A DNA stretch of 64,000 nt. Origin: a virus. Both the position numbers and the translations under genes were made by a program. Positions 1-9,292 of this stretch are shown here, in pieces; the stretch's first letter is position 1, and the number at the start of each line of letters is the position of its first letter. The DNA lies in the IMG/VR virus record IMGVR_UViG_3300045885_000299, positions 4,798-68,797 of that record. One strand, written 5' to 3'. The notes beneath the pieces are model-generated. The model searched no databases, was not told where the DNA came from, and saw only the letters and a program-made list of their open reading frames with translations.

Positions 1-126
1 AAAGTCGCTGCGCGCGTCGCCTGAATAGCCACACTCGCATTGCCCAATGAACCCCTGGCGACGGCCACTCACGCTCCGCCAGCGCTCCACGATGGTCAGC
101 TTGTGACCAGGTTTCTCAGCGCTCAT
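1..126 (-). CDS. Small hypothetical protein, truncated by the window edge (GH...CECGYS motif)
   Basis: ATG at 126 overlaps the stop of the upstream gene (ATGA); reads MSAEKPGHKLTIVERW...GQCECGYSG and runs off the window. Confidence 0.55.
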   Translation of the reverse strand, partial: MSAEKPGHKLTIVERWRSVSGRRQGFIGQCECGYSGDARSDF

Positions 127-494
127 CGGAGGTGGTCGTAGAACCACTGCGCGTGCGCTTCCTCGGCACCCTCGTCGGGCACTTCGCCCTCTTCGTAGCC
201 CACATCGCGCACGACGATGTGGCAGTCGGGCTGGTCGATCGCAGGATCGTTGTCACCGCCCTGGTAGACGAACACCACCGGCACGCCTTCGCTGTCGCTC
301 ACGGCCGGGATCAGGTAGATGAACGTCTCCAGGCCAATGCCCGGGCGGTTGCTGGCCACGCGGTAGCCCACGCGGCCATCCTTGACGAACGGCTCGTAGT
401 ACACGCCGCTGTCCTCGGCGTAGGTCGTCTGCTGGCGCAGCCACTCGGTCGGCGGGTGCGTCCGATCGGGGTCCAGATCGTCCAGCGGGTTCAC
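123..494 (-). CDS. Hypothetical phage protein
   Basis: ORF 123..512; likely GTG start at 494 overlapping the upstream stop; globular composition. Confidence 0.7.
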   Translation of the reverse strand: MNPLDDLDPDRTHPPTEWLRQQTTYAEDSGVYYEPFVKDGRVGYRVASNRPGIGLETFIYLIPAVSDSEGVPVVFVYQGGDNDPAIDQPDCHIVVRDVGYEEGEVPDEGAEEAHAQWFYDHLR

Positions 495-1135
495 GCCGCA
501 CACTCCCCGCACTTGCCCAGGCCAGAGCAGCCAGGGAGATCGTCGTCGTGGCTGGCGAAGTAGTGGCCACAGTCGCAGCGGTCGGCTGCCGGCACCGCTG
601 GCGCGGCAACACGCTGGCGCCGCGGCCGAAGCTCGCTCATGCGCGGGCGCCGCACCTTACCCAGGTTCAGCATCCCGTCCTGGACGCCCAGGCCGTGCCA
701 GGCCCACGCCATCGACGTGAGGCAATCATTCCAGTGCTTGACGCAGGCGAAGCGCTCTTCGGACGGCTGGTAGCCCTCGTGGGCCGCCTCGATCTGCACC
801 ACATACGACGCCGGCAACTCGCAGTCGCCATCCTCGCACCACGGCGCCCAATGCTCGTGGCAGTGCGCGCCATCCAGGCCGGCGTACTTCTCGGCCACGT
901 TGAAGCAGCCAGGATCGTCGCAGCGCAGCACGTCCATCGGCGCCCTGGCGCGCCAGGCCATCGGCAGGAACTCGGCCACAATCGTGCTCGTCGCCGACTC
1001 GTGCGCGCGCAGCCATGTGTACAGCGGGACGTCGTGCGTCTCGCAGGCGAAGTGCCAGAAGTCCCGTTCGACAAACTTCACGCAGGCCGCTCGGCCGCAG
1101 TTGTCGCCCGTCTCTAGCGTGTAATCGCAGAACAC
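491..1135 (-). CDS. Cys/His-rich putative multi-zinc-finger protein
   Basis: Repeated C-x(3-8)-C...CxxH units; RBS AGAAGGGAGAA upstream of the GTG. Confidence 0.75.
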   Translation of the reverse strand: MFCDYTLETGDNCGRAACVKFVERDFWHFACETHDVPLYTWLRAHESATSTIVAEFLPMAWRARAPMDVLRCDDPGCFNVAEKYAGLDGAHCHEHWAPWCEDGDCELPASYVVQIEAAHEGYQPSEERFACVKHWNDCLTSMAWAWHGLGVQDGMLNLGKVRRPRMSELRPRRQRVAAPAVPAADRCDCGHYFASHDDDLPGCSGLGKCGECAA

Positions 1136-1174
1136 TCGGGTGTTCTCCCTTCTCTAAGGTGGTCTACGCCCCGA

Positions 1175-1203
1175 AGGATACACCCGCGCTGTTGCATTCG
1201 CAA
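1175..1203 (-). promoter_or_regulatory. Sigma70-like promoter TTGCGA-N17-TATCCT overlapped by the operator TTGCATTCGCAA
   Basis: Exact 17-nt spacer; lies between a terminator and an RBS. Confidence 0.6.
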
Positions 1204-1206
1204 CGA

Positions 1207-1244
1207 AACGAGGCTGCCCCGACAGGCGAGAGGGCAGCCTCGTT
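1207..1244 (-). terminator. Intrinsic terminator
   Basis: 13-bp perfect stem AACGAGGCTGCCC/GGGCAGCCTCGTT followed by TCGTT on the minus strand. Confidence 0.7.
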
Positions 1245-1283
1245 AGGGAAAGGGCGCCCGCTGGCGAGGCGGGCAGGCCAGGA

Positions 1284-1679
1284 CTAGCTGGCGATCGGCT
1301 CTGGCTCGGCGAGCCACTGGCCGCCGCACTCGGCGCGATGCTTGGCGGCCGCGTCCTCGCCCTTGGCGCTCTTGCCGCAGCTGCACGTGAAGCTCGCCAG
1401 CGGCGCAGCGGCCTTGGTCTCGGCGACAGGGGCTTTCGATTTCTCAGTCATGGATGGGACTGTTGCATGTTCACTGCCACTCGTCATCTCGGCTGCGCGC
1501 GGGAACTGCTTGTTGAACTGCGTCATGGTCAGCCAGGTGCCGTCGGTGCACTTGCGCCGATGCGACCACTCGGAGCCATTGCCGAACAGGACGCGCCCGC
1601 ACGAGCAGTAGTGCGCCCGGCTCGCGTGCACCGCTGCAGCCCGCGATCGGGCCAGGCTCACCACGCCACCCCTGCTCAT
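1284..1679 (-). CDS. Hypothetical protein with two CSCG...H-x3-C zinc-binding repeats
   Basis: ATG at 1679 (ATGA overlap); YCSCG..HRRKC and TCSCG..HRAEC. Confidence 0.65.
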   Translation of the reverse strand: MSRGGVVSLARSRAAAVHASRAHYCSCGRVLFGNGSEWSHRRKCTDGTWLTMTQFNKQFPRAAEMTSGSEHATVPSMTEKSKAPVAETKAAAPLASFTCSCGKSAKGEDAAAKHRAECGGQWLAEPEPIAS

Positions 1680-2011
1680 GGCTGTTCGCCGAACGTCAGG
1701 CTGTTCAACCAGGCGTGATGACGGTCCAGGTCGCCCTCCTGGCTCGGACGCATCAGGCCCATCTGTACCAGGCCCATCGGGGCACCAGGCAGCCGCAGTT
1801 GCTCCTGGCGGTCGTTGGCAACCACCGTGCGCGCCATCTCCCAAGTGGGTACGTAGTCCAGGGCGACCAGCGTGTCGGCCGTCTGGCAGTCGTGGCAGCA
1901 CGGCGTGTTGTCCGCGCGCGCCAACGGGCCAAAACGGTCAGGCAAGGGCTGCCAGGCTTCGCGACGGATATTCGCGCGCAAGCAATGCGGGCATATTGCG
2001 CCTGCGCTCAT
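1676..2011 (-). CDS. Hypothetical Zn-binding phage protein
   Basis: CPHC...CCHDC; coupled stop/start overlaps on both sides. Confidence 0.7.
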   Translation of the reverse strand: MSAGAICPHCLRANIRREAWQPLPDRFGPLARADNTPCCHDCQTADTLVALDYVPTWEMARTVVANDRQEQLRLPGAPMGLVQMGLMRPSQEGDLDRHHAWLNSLTFGEQP

Positions 2012-2349
2012 GGCTCTTCGCCGTCAAAGCGAATCTGTGCCGCGACCACCTGGCCGGTCTCAGGGTCGTGCTCGATGTAGATCGGGAACACGCCGTCGCC
2101 ACCGAAGTGGCCGATCACCACGCCAATGTCGGCGTGCCACTCGTTGGTCATCTGATAGCTGTCCAGCGTATGCCCATCGGGTACGCCCGCCTTCTGCTCC
2201 TGGCGCTGCAGGTCCTCGAGCATCTCGTCGTAGCTGTTGAACGGCTGGTACTTGTTCTCGTTGGAGTTGCGCACCACGTAGCACGGGTCGGTGATGATGA
2301 TGATCCCGGCGTCGACACCAGTACGCCCGGCGTACTTCCAAGGGGCCAT
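2008..2349 (-). CDS. Hypothetical protein (DUF4241-like GVDAG..DPCY..GGDG motifs)
   Basis: Strong RBS GAAAGGAGA; motifs recognised by eye. Confidence 0.7.
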   Translation of the reverse strand: MAPWKYAGRTGVDAGIIIITDPCYVVRNSNENKYQPFNSYDEMLEDLQRQEQKAGVPDGHTLDSYQMTNEWHADIGVVIGHFGGDGVFPIYIEHDPETGQVVAAQIRFDGEEP

Positions 2350-2402
2350 GTGGCCAGTCTCCTTTCAAGGTCTACGACCCACACCTTACCATCTGTCGAT
2401 TG

Positions 2403-2414
2403 TTGCGTCCGCAA
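2403..2414. promoter_or_regulatory. Operator TTGCGTCCGCAA in a divergent intergenic region
   Basis: Perfect TTGC-N4-GCAA; the motif recurs in other intergenic regions. Confidence 0.6.
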
Positions 2415-2589
2415 TCCCCGATCGCATATCTACTGCACTGCAACTGCTTGGGGTTGCTGTCCAGTTTCGCCTAGGCGTAACGTGACAGTTGTAGCCCCAC
2501 CACCATCGGAGACCCCATAGACCGCCTATGCCCCTATCGCCACCTGTCCACTCGCCGCGCCGTTTCTTAAAGCTCGGAGCCCCCCGCAC

Positions 2590-2847
2590 ATGCCGACCCT
2601 CACACCTGTGGTGACCGCCGACCCGCCGCGGCGCCCACCGCGTGAACCAAGTCTGAGCGTCCCGGAGGCGATCGACGCACTCCTGGCCGCCTTACCTCTG
2701 CCCGATCAGTCGATCAACGGCGTCGCGCGCCAGCTGGATATCCCACCCTCGACCGTGCTGCGCTGGTACAAGGGCGCCACGCCCCAGCCACGCTCGCGGC
2801 GCGATCTGGCCAAGCTGTGCCGCCGCTACGGCATTCCATTCCGATGA
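2590..2847 (+). CDS. Cro/CI-like (XRE) helix-turn-helix repressor
   Basis: SINGVARQLDIPPSTVLRWYKGATPQ HTH; divergent from the leftward operon. Confidence 0.8.
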   Translation: MPTLTPVVTADPPRRPPREPSLSVPEAIDALLAALPLPDQSINGVARQLDIPPSTVLRWYKGATPQPRSRRDLAKLCRRYGIPFR

Positions 2848-2873
2848 CGTGATCGTCGGTCCGCGCTACACAC

Positions 2874-2914
2874 ACAGACGCCCCGGCCGGGACTGAAGCG
2901 GCCGGGGCGTCTGT
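2874..2914. terminator. Hairpin between convergent genes, probable bidirectional terminator
   Basis: 16-bp perfect stem ACAGACGCCCCGGCCG/CGGCCGGGGCGTCTGT. Confidence 0.7.
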
Positions 2915-3083
2915 ATGTGCGGGCCATGTGCCCAAGCGCTCTAAAGAGTTAAGAGTCTGACCGGCCGGTGTAGACCCCTGTAGGGAGACCCGCGAGACAC
3001 CCCCTCGGTGGAGATACGGCGCCCCGCTTGCGCTCTGTGACAAGGCCGACCGGCCTGACTCGCCATCCAGTGTAAACGTATGG

Positions 3084-3530
3084 TCAGGCCGAAACCAGGT
3101 GGCGCTCCTGTTGCGGCTGCAACACGAAGCCGCCACCGCACGCGCCGCAGCGCATGTGCGGACCAGGCGCCACGTCGCGGTACGCCACGCGCCCGCACAG
3201 CAGGCAGATCGCGTCGTACACATCGTGCGCAGATGGACGCCGCACCTCGCGCCAGCACGACGGCTCGCCCTGCTGCCAGCACAGTCCCTCGCGCAGCTCG
3301 GCCTGGTGCAGCCCGCCACACAAGCGTCCGCAATTGCGACAGCGCCGATGGCGCGCGACGCAGCCCGGGCTACACGTGGTCTTGGAGAAGTGCTGGCCGG
3401 TGTGGCGCTGGCAGCGTTTCGAGTGCGTGTGGATCAGCCACTCGATCCCTTCGGCCAAACAGTCGGGACAATTGTGGTCTCGGATGTGCACCTGGGGCAC
3501 GGGCGCATTCCTCCGGCCTTGGGCGGCCAT
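3084..3530 (-). CDS. Cys-rich zinc-ribbon protein
   Basis: Multiple CxxC pairs (CPDC, CRNC, CLLC, CGAC). Confidence 0.6.
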   Translation of the reverse strand: MAAQGRRNAPVPQVHIRDHNCPDCLAEGIEWLIHTHSKRCQRHTGQHFSKTTCSPGCVARHRRCRNCGRLCGGLHQAELREGLCWQQGEPSCWREVRRPSAHDVYDAICLLCGRVAYRDVAPGPHMRCGACGGGFVLQPQQERHLVSA

Positions 3531-3562
3531 GTTTCACGACCAGGAGCAGGCCCACCGCCGGC

Positions 3563-3730
3563 TCAGCGCCCACCAGGGCCACGTTTCACGGAGTGGCGCC
3601 GCGCCGGCGCGCGCTGACCAGCCGCAAACACCTTTCTGCGCGTCCGCTGCACGGAGTAGGAGCAGGCGTCGCTGCAGTATTTGCGTTGGCCGCTCTCAAG
3701 CGGCTTCCGGCAGCCCGCGCAGCGTTTCAT
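3563..3730 (-). CDS. Small zinc-finger protein (55 aa, below the ORF-track cutoff)
   Basis: Translated by hand: MKRCAGCRKPLESGQRKYCSDACSYS... Confidence 0.65.
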   Translation of the reverse strand: MKRCAGCRKPLESGQRKYCSDACSYSVQRTRRKVFAAGQRAPARRHSVKRGPGGR

Positions 3731-3800
3731 GGCGTCACAGGCGCGTTACGCCGTGCATCACAGACACGTTGCGTTGTGACGCCGCTCGAGATCACGGCCA

Positions 3801-5111
3801 TCACGCTGTGTCGGACTTGTAGTCCAAACGTGAAACATTCACGTTGGCCAAGCTGACCGCGGCCGGATCGACGTCCACCCCATACCCCCGGCGGCCACAT
3901 TCGACGGCCGCCATGATGGTCGTGCCGCTGCCCACAAACGGATCAACGACCAGGTCGCCACGATACGAGTACAGCCGAATCAACCGACGCGGCAGCTCAA
4001 GAGGAAAGAACGCCGGGAACTCGCCGGCTACCCGACCAGCCGTGCGCACGAACCACACGTTGCGCGTGTCGCGCTTGAAGTCGTCCACGCTCAGGTCGCT
4101 TTCGCCATCGTCCGGACGGTCGTAGCTAGATTTCGAGAACACGTAGATCGGCTCGCCCACCGCGCGCAGCACCGGGTTCTTCGCACTCAGCCACGTGCCC
4201 CAGGCCGTCGAGGGCGTGGTCACCTCGTCGGGGTCGTCCCCCTTGAGCCATTGAATGCGCTCGCGTGGGAGAAACCCGATCGCCGCGGCGAGCGGGTACA
4301 GATGCGCCTCCACCAGCGCCGACCACACGCGCCCATTGGCCCCCGCTGGCGACCATTTGCGCCCGCCGTTGTTGCCGTAGGTCAGCCCCTCGTGGCGATA
4401 CTCGGCCGTGCGTGAAACATCCTGACGCACCACGTTGGGCAGGTTCAGGCACAGCCGCCCGCCCGGGCACAGCACGCGGTACGCCTCGCGCAGCGCCGGC
4501 TCGATGAGCCCCTGCCAGTAGTCCTCCCACGGCAGCCAGTCGACGTAGTTCGCGTACTTGACTCGTGCGTTGTAGGGCGGTGACGTCACCACCAGGTGCG
4601 CCTCGCCATCGGCCAGCTCGAGCTGGCGCGCGTCGCCGAGCTCGATGCGCCAGGTGGCCGCGTGCGCGACCTCCGGGGGCTGGCCAGCCCTGCGGTATTC
4701 CTCGCTGGCTTCCTCGCGCGCCCTGGACTGCTTCTGCGCGATCACACGGCGCAGCCATTTGATCGAGCCGTGCTCGACGGCCACCTGTTCGGCCAGCGCG
4801 ATCTGCTCGTCGCGCGGCAGCGAATGCAGCAGCGCGGCGTGCGACACGGACGGCAGTTGTACCGACGTCGGGACATTTCGCGCGACTTCGGCAGCCTGGA
4901 TGTAGGTGTAGCCGGTGTTGCGGCCCATCGACCATTGCTCTTTCAGGTACGCCTCGAAGCTGCGAAAGCCGCGTTCGCGGTAGAGGTGCTGGTCGCGGAT
5001 CGCGCTCAGGGCTTCGCCGACTTCGACAAAGGTGTCCAGGCCGCGTGCGATCACCGCTTCGCAGCGCGCCAGCTCCGTCGACACAAGGCGCAGGCGCGCG
5101 CTGTCGGTCAC
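3801..5111 (-). CDS. N4-C/N6-A DNA methyltransferase (beta class) with N-terminal DUF3102-like helical domain
   Basis: HLVVTSPPYN catalytic motif precedes VVDPFVGSGTT SAM motif; GTG at 5111 overlaps the upstream stop. Confidence 0.9.
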   Translation of the reverse strand: MTDSARLRLVSTELARCEAVIARGLDTFVEVGEALSAIRDQHLYRERGFRSFEAYLKEQWSMGRNTGYTYIQAAEVARNVPTSVQLPSVSHAALLHSLPRDEQIALAEQVAVEHGSIKWLRRVIAQKQSRAREEASEEYRRAGQPPEVAHAATWRIELGDARQLELADGEAHLVVTSPPYNARVKYANYVDWLPWEDYWQGLIEPALREAYRVLCPGGRLCLNLPNVVRQDVSRTAEYRHEGLTYGNNGGRKWSPAGANGRVWSALVEAHLYPLAAAIGFLPRERIQWLKGDDPDEVTTPSTAWGTWLSAKNPVLRAVGEPIYVFSKSSYDRPDDGESDLSVDDFKRDTRNVWFVRTAGRVAGEFPAFFPLELPRRLIRLYSYRGDLVVDPFVGSGTTIMAAVECGRRGYGVDVDPAAVSLANVNVSRLDYKSDTA

Positions 5112-5443
5112 GCACACACCTCCACCGCGGCTGCCAATGCAATTGCCAGGCGGCATCCGTCCGGTAGCTGGTCACGCCACAATTCCGGCACGAGTCGCAG
5201 CGCCGCCAGGCCAGCGATCTCGCGTTTTCTCACTGTTTCACGCGCGCAGCCGTAGCGCTCGGCCAGGACCTCCAGCGGCACTGGCCGCCAGTAGCAATAG
5301 CGCAGCTGCACGATCTCGGCCGCCTGACGCACCACCTGGGCGTCGATGCTCCAACCGGCGCCGATCCAGCCGGCCAGCTGGTTGGTGCTGACCTGTGGGG
5401 AGGCGGCGCCGGCCGAGAGACGGTCGAGCGGCATGTTCGCCAC
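5108..5443 (-). CDS. Sigma70 region-4-like HTH protein
   Basis: EIVQLRY..PLEVLAERYGCARETVRKREIAGLAALR. Confidence 0.65.
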   Translation of the reverse strand: MANMPLDRLSAGAASPQVSTNQLAGWIGAGWSIDAQVVRQAAEIVQLRYCYWRPVPLEVLAERYGCARETVRKREIAGLAALRLVPELWRDQLPDGCRLAIALAAAVEVCA

Positions 5444-5476
5444 TGACCGCTGTTTATACCCGGCCTAACCGCCGCG

Positions 5477-5500
5477 TTGCATGTGCTATTGCGTTAGCAC
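5477..5500. promoter_or_regulatory. Tandem operator boxes TTGCATGTGCTA / TTGCGTTAGCAC
   Basis: Two 12-bp boxes upstream of TATAAA (minus strand) and the HTH gene. Confidence 0.55.
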
Positions 5501-5970
5501 AGCCCCTGAGTGACAACCGCCCACTCGCGGATGCGCCCCTGGCCGATCATCCAGCGCGCTGCCTCGCGCGCCGCGACCGGATCAAACACGCTCAGGCCGG
5601 CCTTGCCTTGCGGCGTGGTCCTCCAGGTCGAGGGCAGGAATTGAAAGAGTCCCGACGCTCCCGAACTGCGGTTTATAGCCCCCGCAACTCCGCGGCTTTC
5701 AAAGTGCTGGATGCAATCCAGGCGCCGCTCCACTGCCAGGTTGAGCAGCGGCCGCGGCGGCTCAGGACACGGCCCTTCGCCGGTCATGCACAGGTAGGCG
5801 CGCGGCGCGAGCTGCGTCGTGTTGACCGCACCGCGCAGCAGGACCTCGTCAATGCTGTGCTCGGCCGCGGCCACGGCCACGTCATCGTCCTCGGCGTGAA
5901 GCTCCAGGGCCGCGCCGGCGATCATGCCGACCACCACCCCGAACACCGCACCGACCACCATGCGTGCCAT
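5494..5970 (-). CDS. Lytic transglycosylase (Rpf/SLT-like) with N-terminal membrane anchor
   Basis: CIQHFESRG..GASGLFQFLPSTW; hydrophobic N-terminus MARMVVGAVFGVVVGMIAGAAL. Confidence 0.85.
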   Translation of the reverse strand: MARMVVGAVFGVVVGMIAGAALELHAEDDDVAVAAAEHSIDEVLLRGAVNTTQLAPRAYLCMTGEGPCPEPPRPLLNLAVERRLDCIQHFESRGVAGAINRSSGASGLFQFLPSTWRTTPQGKAGLSVFDPVAAREAARWMIGQGRIREWAVVTQGLC

Positions 5971-6051
5971 CAGGCACGGAGCTCCAGTGTCGTCATGCAA
6001 GCCACGTTTGGCGGGCTACCGCCCACCGACAACGCGGCTGCCCCGGCTAGC

Positions 6052-8235
6052 TCACATCACCCACACGACTTGCGGATGCTGCGCGCTCGTCGCTGGGCCA
6101 CAGCCGTTGAAGGTCAGGCTGAGCGAAGCGGCGATGGGGTAATCCGTGCTCGGGCTCTGCGGCGACGTGCCTGTCGGGCGGGTCCACAACGACACGTAGC
6201 GAATCGCATCCCGATCCTCGGGCGTGCTGAACTCGAAGTTGGTGTACGGCGTGGCCGTACCGCCCGCGGGCAGGGTGGCCGTAAAGAAACCTTTGCCGAA
6301 CGACGGGTTGACCGGCTCCTGGTCGGCGCCCTCGAACACGAATGACAGGTAGGCATCGCCCGCCGTGCCATCGCTGCCACGCTCCACGATGCTCGTGAAG
6401 CCCGTCCAGCCGCTCGTGCACAGCGCGCGTCCGGCCAGCTGGTAGTTGTCATCGAAGCTGCCCAGCGTGTCGCCGCCGAACTCGTTGACCGGCACGCACC
6501 CGCCAATGGGCGGGACTTCGCCGGTGGTGATCTCCAGGCGGTACGAGGTCTCGAGCGCCGAGCCGCTGGTGTTTTCGACGCACAGCGCCAGGATGTTCTC
6601 GGCAGTGTCGGCATACGTGATGTCCGTGTAGCCCGTGATGTGGGTCGGCGTCACCCCGTCGCCTACCCCATACACGTAGATGCCGGCGGTTGTCGCGGCA
6701 TCGTCAATGGTCAGCGTCGATGTGTTCGTCGCGTCGGTTTCGCCAACCAGGACGTTGGCCTGGATGACGATGCCACCCCCTGCCGGGCCATCAATCGCCC
6801 TGAGCGAGCACAACAGCCCAATGCCACCGCTAATCTCCAACTCGACTGGCGCATCGAGATGCGTGTGCATGTGCGTCGGGATACGCCCAGCAACCGGGAA
6901 CATCTGGACGATCTCGTTGCAGCCGCTGGTAAAGGTGCACGTGAAGTCGATCGGGTAGCGGACTACGGTCGGCGTGTGCAGCAGTTCGAGCGGCACCGCC
7001 AGGTTCATGCGGTTGTAGATATCGCCCACGGACGGGTCGATCACCGAGCTGTAGGCGAGCATCGTCCCGTTGACGTAGACGCCGATCGGCGTGGCGTCCT
7101 CGACGTGCGCGTCCAGCAGCGCGCTCACAATGTCGCCGGCAGGCAGCGTGAACTTGTGGCGGTAAAAGACGCGCTCGCCTATGGCGGCGTTCGGAAACAA
7201 GGCCAGCGCGTGGGTGACGCTCTGCGTCTCGGGCAGGATGAACGGCGGCAGCGGCGCCGGCGGCGCCGAGATGGCAACGCTGGTCGTGGCCGGGAACTGC
7301 CAACTCGAGTCGTCGTAGTCGTATGCGGTCCAGTCACCACCTGGTGGCGGCGGCGTGACCGTATTGGGTGGCGCCACGAACGAGACCGAGATGCGCGGGG
7401 TGAACGTGTAGTTGGTGGTCGTGTTCTGTGGGTCCAGGCCAGTGGGCATGCCCCACACCGAGATGTAGCGCGCAGAGGCGAGCTCCTCGGGTGTCCAGGC
7501 GCTCGAGTTATTGCGTATCTCGTGCTGGCCGTTCGTGAGGTTGACCATCAGTTGGCCGGTCGAGTACCTGATGCCCTGGTGGTCGGCATCTTCCAGCAGG
7601 TAGGCGACGTAGAAACCGCCCTGCAGCGCCGGGTCGATCAGCGTGTAATCCACGATGAACTGCGACCAGCCACCAACGGGCACTGGCTGAGTGCCCGCTT
7701 TGACCATGCCGGTGGTGAGGAAGCCGGCCGTGATCTCGTCGCCAAACTCGGGGATCGACGGCGGCGGGATGTTGCCGCACATACCAACGAAGCGGCCGCT
7801 GAAGTGCCATGTGTAGTCGTACGGCGTGCTGACGTCGGGCGCGCTCGCCGTTCGCGGCGCAATGGACAGCTTGAGCCGCGTCCCAGCCGGCGGCGTTCCT
7901 CCAATAAAGTTGCCAGCCGCGTACTCGGGGTCCTCGGCGCTCGGCATGACCGTCACGTGGGTCTCGGGGAAACCGTCCAGCGTGGCGCCGTCCGGGTCGA
8001 TGAAGCGCCACCAGCAGCGGTAGGGGCCGTTTTCGCTGACCGGGTCGATGCGGTACTTGATGAAGAAGTCGGTCCAGCCGTACGGCAGGTCTATGATCGC
8101 CACATCGCGTTCACCCTCCGCTCGGCTGGCGTCGACTTCACTGCCAGTCAGTGGAGCGAGGGGCGCACACTGGCCCGGCACCGAGTCGTACACCCTGACC
8201 TGGTTGGCCAGGCTGGCGGCCAGGATCAGCACCAT
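6052..8235 (-). CDS. Large beta-rich virion / receptor-binding protein
   Basis: 727 aa, T/G/P-rich; WTAYDYDDSSW...FYRHKFTLP lectin-like segment; at the end of the tail cluster. Confidence 0.65.
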   Translation of the reverse strand: MVLILAASLANQVRVYDSVPGQCAPLAPLTGSEVDASRAEGERDVAIIDLPYGWTDFFIKYRIDPVSENGPYRCWWRFIDPDGATLDGFPETHVTVMPSAEDPEYAAGNFIGGTPPAGTRLKLSIAPRTASAPDVSTPYDYTWHFSGRFVGMCGNIPPPSIPEFGDEITAGFLTTGMVKAGTQPVPVGGWSQFIVDYTLIDPALQGGFYVAYLLEDADHQGIRYSTGQLMVNLTNGQHEIRNNSSAWTPEELASARYISVWGMPTGLDPQNTTTNYTFTPRISVSFVAPPNTVTPPPPGGDWTAYDYDDSSWQFPATTSVAISAPPAPLPPFILPETQSVTHALALFPNAAIGERVFYRHKFTLPAGDIVSALLDAHVEDATPIGVYVNGTMLAYSSVIDPSVGDIYNRMNLAVPLELLHTPTVVRYPIDFTCTFTSGCNEIVQMFPVAGRIPTHMHTHLDAPVELEISGGIGLLCSLRAIDGPAGGGIVIQANVLVGETDATNTSTLTIDDAATTAGIYVYGVGDGVTPTHITGYTDITYADTAENILALCVENTSGSALETSYRLEITTGEVPPIGGCVPVNEFGGDTLGSFDDNYQLAGRALCTSGWTGFTSIVERGSDGTAGDAYLSFVFEGADQEPVNPSFGKGFFTATLPAGGTATPYTNFEFSTPEDRDAIRYVSLWTRPTGTSPQSPSTDYPIAASLSLTFNGCGPATSAQHPQVVWVM

Positions 8236-8239
8236 CGCT

Positions 8240-9289
8240 TTAGGTCGCGCTCCGCCGCAGGCGCAGCCCGCAACTCACCTGCCTGAGCGTCCCGCCGATG
8301 GCCGTGAGCTTGACGCGCAGCGTGGTCTCGGCCGCGATCGCGCCGCCGCCCGCCCAGCTCGCAACCGCGGTATCCATGTCCGATTCCTCGGCCAGCAGCG
8401 TCGGGAAGGCCGTGCCGCAGATGCTCGTCGCACTCGCCGCGGAGAACGTGGGTGAGGGTGCCGCGAGTATGTCGAAGCGCGCCGAGCCGCCCGCCGAGTC
8501 GCCGGTCAGCGCCACCGCGGTGACCGTGCACGCGAACGGCACGTACACGTCGGCGTAGTCGCCGACCAGCGGCGGCGCAGTGCTGGCGCCGAAGTTGACC
8601 GAGAACGCGCCGACCATCGGCCGCATGGCCAGGATCGAGCCGGCGGTGCCACTCGGCACGGCGGTCAGCACGTCGCCAATCGCGTGCCCGACCGGCATGT
8701 TGTGGTCGGACGCCAGGAAGTCGTGCACCCGCCCGTGGTGATCGTCGGGCCCGATGCCGGCCAGGGCGCTGTGGTCAGCCATGCCGCCGCCAGCCGTGCC
8801 GCCAGTCGTGTGAAAGTGGTTGCCTGGCGCGGCCTGGCTGGCGCCCGAGCCGAGCGTGTGGTGGACCGCCGAGCCGGCCGCGTCGGCGTCGATGTGCAGC
8901 AGATGGCGGTGGTCGATCTGGCCGCCGCTGGTGACGCCCTGGTGCGTATGGTTGGCCAGCGACCAGCCGGCCGTGCCGACGTGGAAGGACGAGATTTCGC
9001 CGTCCGGCTCAATGTCGAATAATTCCTGGCCCAGGTGGTTGATGACCTGGAAGATGGGCGCGGTCTGGCCGACCGTGCCCTGCACGATCAGGCTGATCGT
9101 GGTCCCGTTGGGCGAGATGATGGTCGTGTTCGAGCCGCCCGCCATCGTCAGCCCGCCGAGCACCGTGACGCTGTTGGCAAACACCACCGGCTGATCGGTC
9201 ATCACGCCGGTCAGCAGATCGGCAAACTGGCGGATGTGGGAAGCCCGAATGCGCTTCCCCGGGCCGATTTCAGAGACGTCCAGCGGCAT
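8240..9289 (-). CDS. Tail fibre-like protein
   Basis: HTH/HHTLG/DHSALAG..DDHH His repeats; beta-rich C-terminus. Confidence 0.7.
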   Translation of the reverse strand: MPLDVSEIGPGKRIRASHIRQFADLLTGVMTDQPVVFANSVTVLGGLTMAGGSNTTIISPNGTTISLIVQGTVGQTAPIFQVINHLGQELFDIEPDGEISSFHVGTAGWSLANHTHQGVTSGGQIDHRHLLHIDADAAGSAVHHTLGSGASQAAPGNHFHTTGGTAGGGMADHSALAGIGPDDHHGRVHDFLASDHNMPVGHAIGDVLTAVPSGTAGSILAMRPMVGAFSVNFGASTAPPLVGDYADVYVPFACTVTAVALTGDSAGGSARFDILAAPSPTFSAASATSICGTAFPTLLAEESDMDTAVASWAGGGAIAAETTLRVKLTAIGGTLRQVSCGLRLRRSAT

Positions 9290-9292
9290 CGG